Source: Daphnia carinata (taxonomy: Eukaryota). From it: 64,000 nt of DNA. The stretch spans positions 2,046,001 through 2,110,000 of the forward strand of contig NC_081332.1 in assembly GCF_022539665.2 (NCBI RefSeq), read 5' to 3'. The notes under the pieces were generated by a model. It saw only the letters and a list, made by a program, of their open reading frames with translations. It was not told the origin of the DNA and did no database searches. Each line of letters opens with the position of its first letter. The stretch's first letter is position 1. A program made the translations under genes and the position numbers. This document shows positions 63,300-64,000 of this stretch, in pieces.

Positions 63300-63943
63300 A
63301 TGTCTGGAACTGATGGTGAAGACGATTACAAGGCCCTTCAGAGCTTTGGTGATGGTGAAGGCGATGATGATCTTGGTCTCTTTGGAGATTTATCATCTTT
63401 TGAAGGGCTGGCTCTTGAAGAAGATGCTGCTGAAAGTGGAAGCTTGTGCCCTCAGTGTTTGTAAGCTATCAGTAATTCATCTCAATTTGAAGTGAGCGTT
63501 CTAATATGGGCTTCATTTTATCAGGGAAAAATACAAAAATCCCAGAGTCTTATCATGTCTCCATGTTTTGTGTGAAAACTGCCTGAAGGAGTTGCTTGCT
63601 GTAGACAATGAAGACGGGTGTGAAAATGTGATTTATTCAGGGAGAAGCAAACCACATAGGGCTTTTATTGTATGCCCACTATGCAAACAGGAGACCTCAG
63701 TATGTTTTCGTTTCACTTCAAAATCTTAAAGAAACTATTAGAAAAATAGTCTTCTACCTTTTTCAGGCAGGAGAACGAGGTTTAAGTTCACTGCATCTGG
63801 ATCCGGTATATCAAAAAAAGACTGCTTCGGATTCCTGTCTTTCTGGGTTGATATGTACCAGCTGCAAAGCCAATGAGGAAGCTGTTGCAAAGTGTATGGA
63901 TTGTGACAATTTATTGTGTCCCAATTGTTACTCAGCTCATAAA
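63300..63943 (+). CDS. TRIM-family RING/B-box protein, probably TRIM-NHL (mei-P26-like); 5' part only, continues beyond the window
   Basis: Exons 63300-63460, 63525-63699 and 63767-63943 splice in frame. RING: CPQCLEKYKNPRVLSCLHVLCENCL...CPLC. B-box 1: CTSCKANEEAVAKCMDCDNLLCPNCYSAH, of brat/mei-P26 type. A RING favours mei-P26 over brat. The NHL domain is not visible. Confidence 0.8.
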
Positions 63944-64000
63944 GTAAGAGTTTCATGCCACTAATACTTATGCCCAATAGACCTAAGTTCTACTTATCTA

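Overview
Eukaryotic, AT-rich, intron-rich animal DNA. Short 60-100 nt introns, long A/T tracts and arthropod-type gene models suggest a Daphnia-like crustacean (inference). In order: (1) a 14-exon FGD-family RhoGEF (DH-PH-FYVE-PH), 6-3885 +; (2) a tRNA-Arg(ACG); (3) a ~7.9 kb array of ~45 copies of a 177-bp satellite, bracketed by perfect 17-bp inverted repeats and abutting a ~360-bp foldback whose arms are diverged satellite monomers; (4) a complete Pvr (PDGF/VEGF receptor) gene, 13946-21849 +, with two duplicated 160-nt exons for the second half of Ig domain 2 that must be mutually exclusive; (5) a ~41 kb mostly non-coding interval holding two tandem minus-strand dacapo/Cip-Kip CDK-inhibitor paralogs, each with an intron-split PIP degron and bantam-seed sites in its putative 3' UTR; (6) the 5' end of a RING/B-box TRIM gene (mei-P26-like) running off the window. 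Exon boundaries were read by eye from GT/AG sites and frame continuity. Most short ORFs between 22 and 63 kb are spurious.
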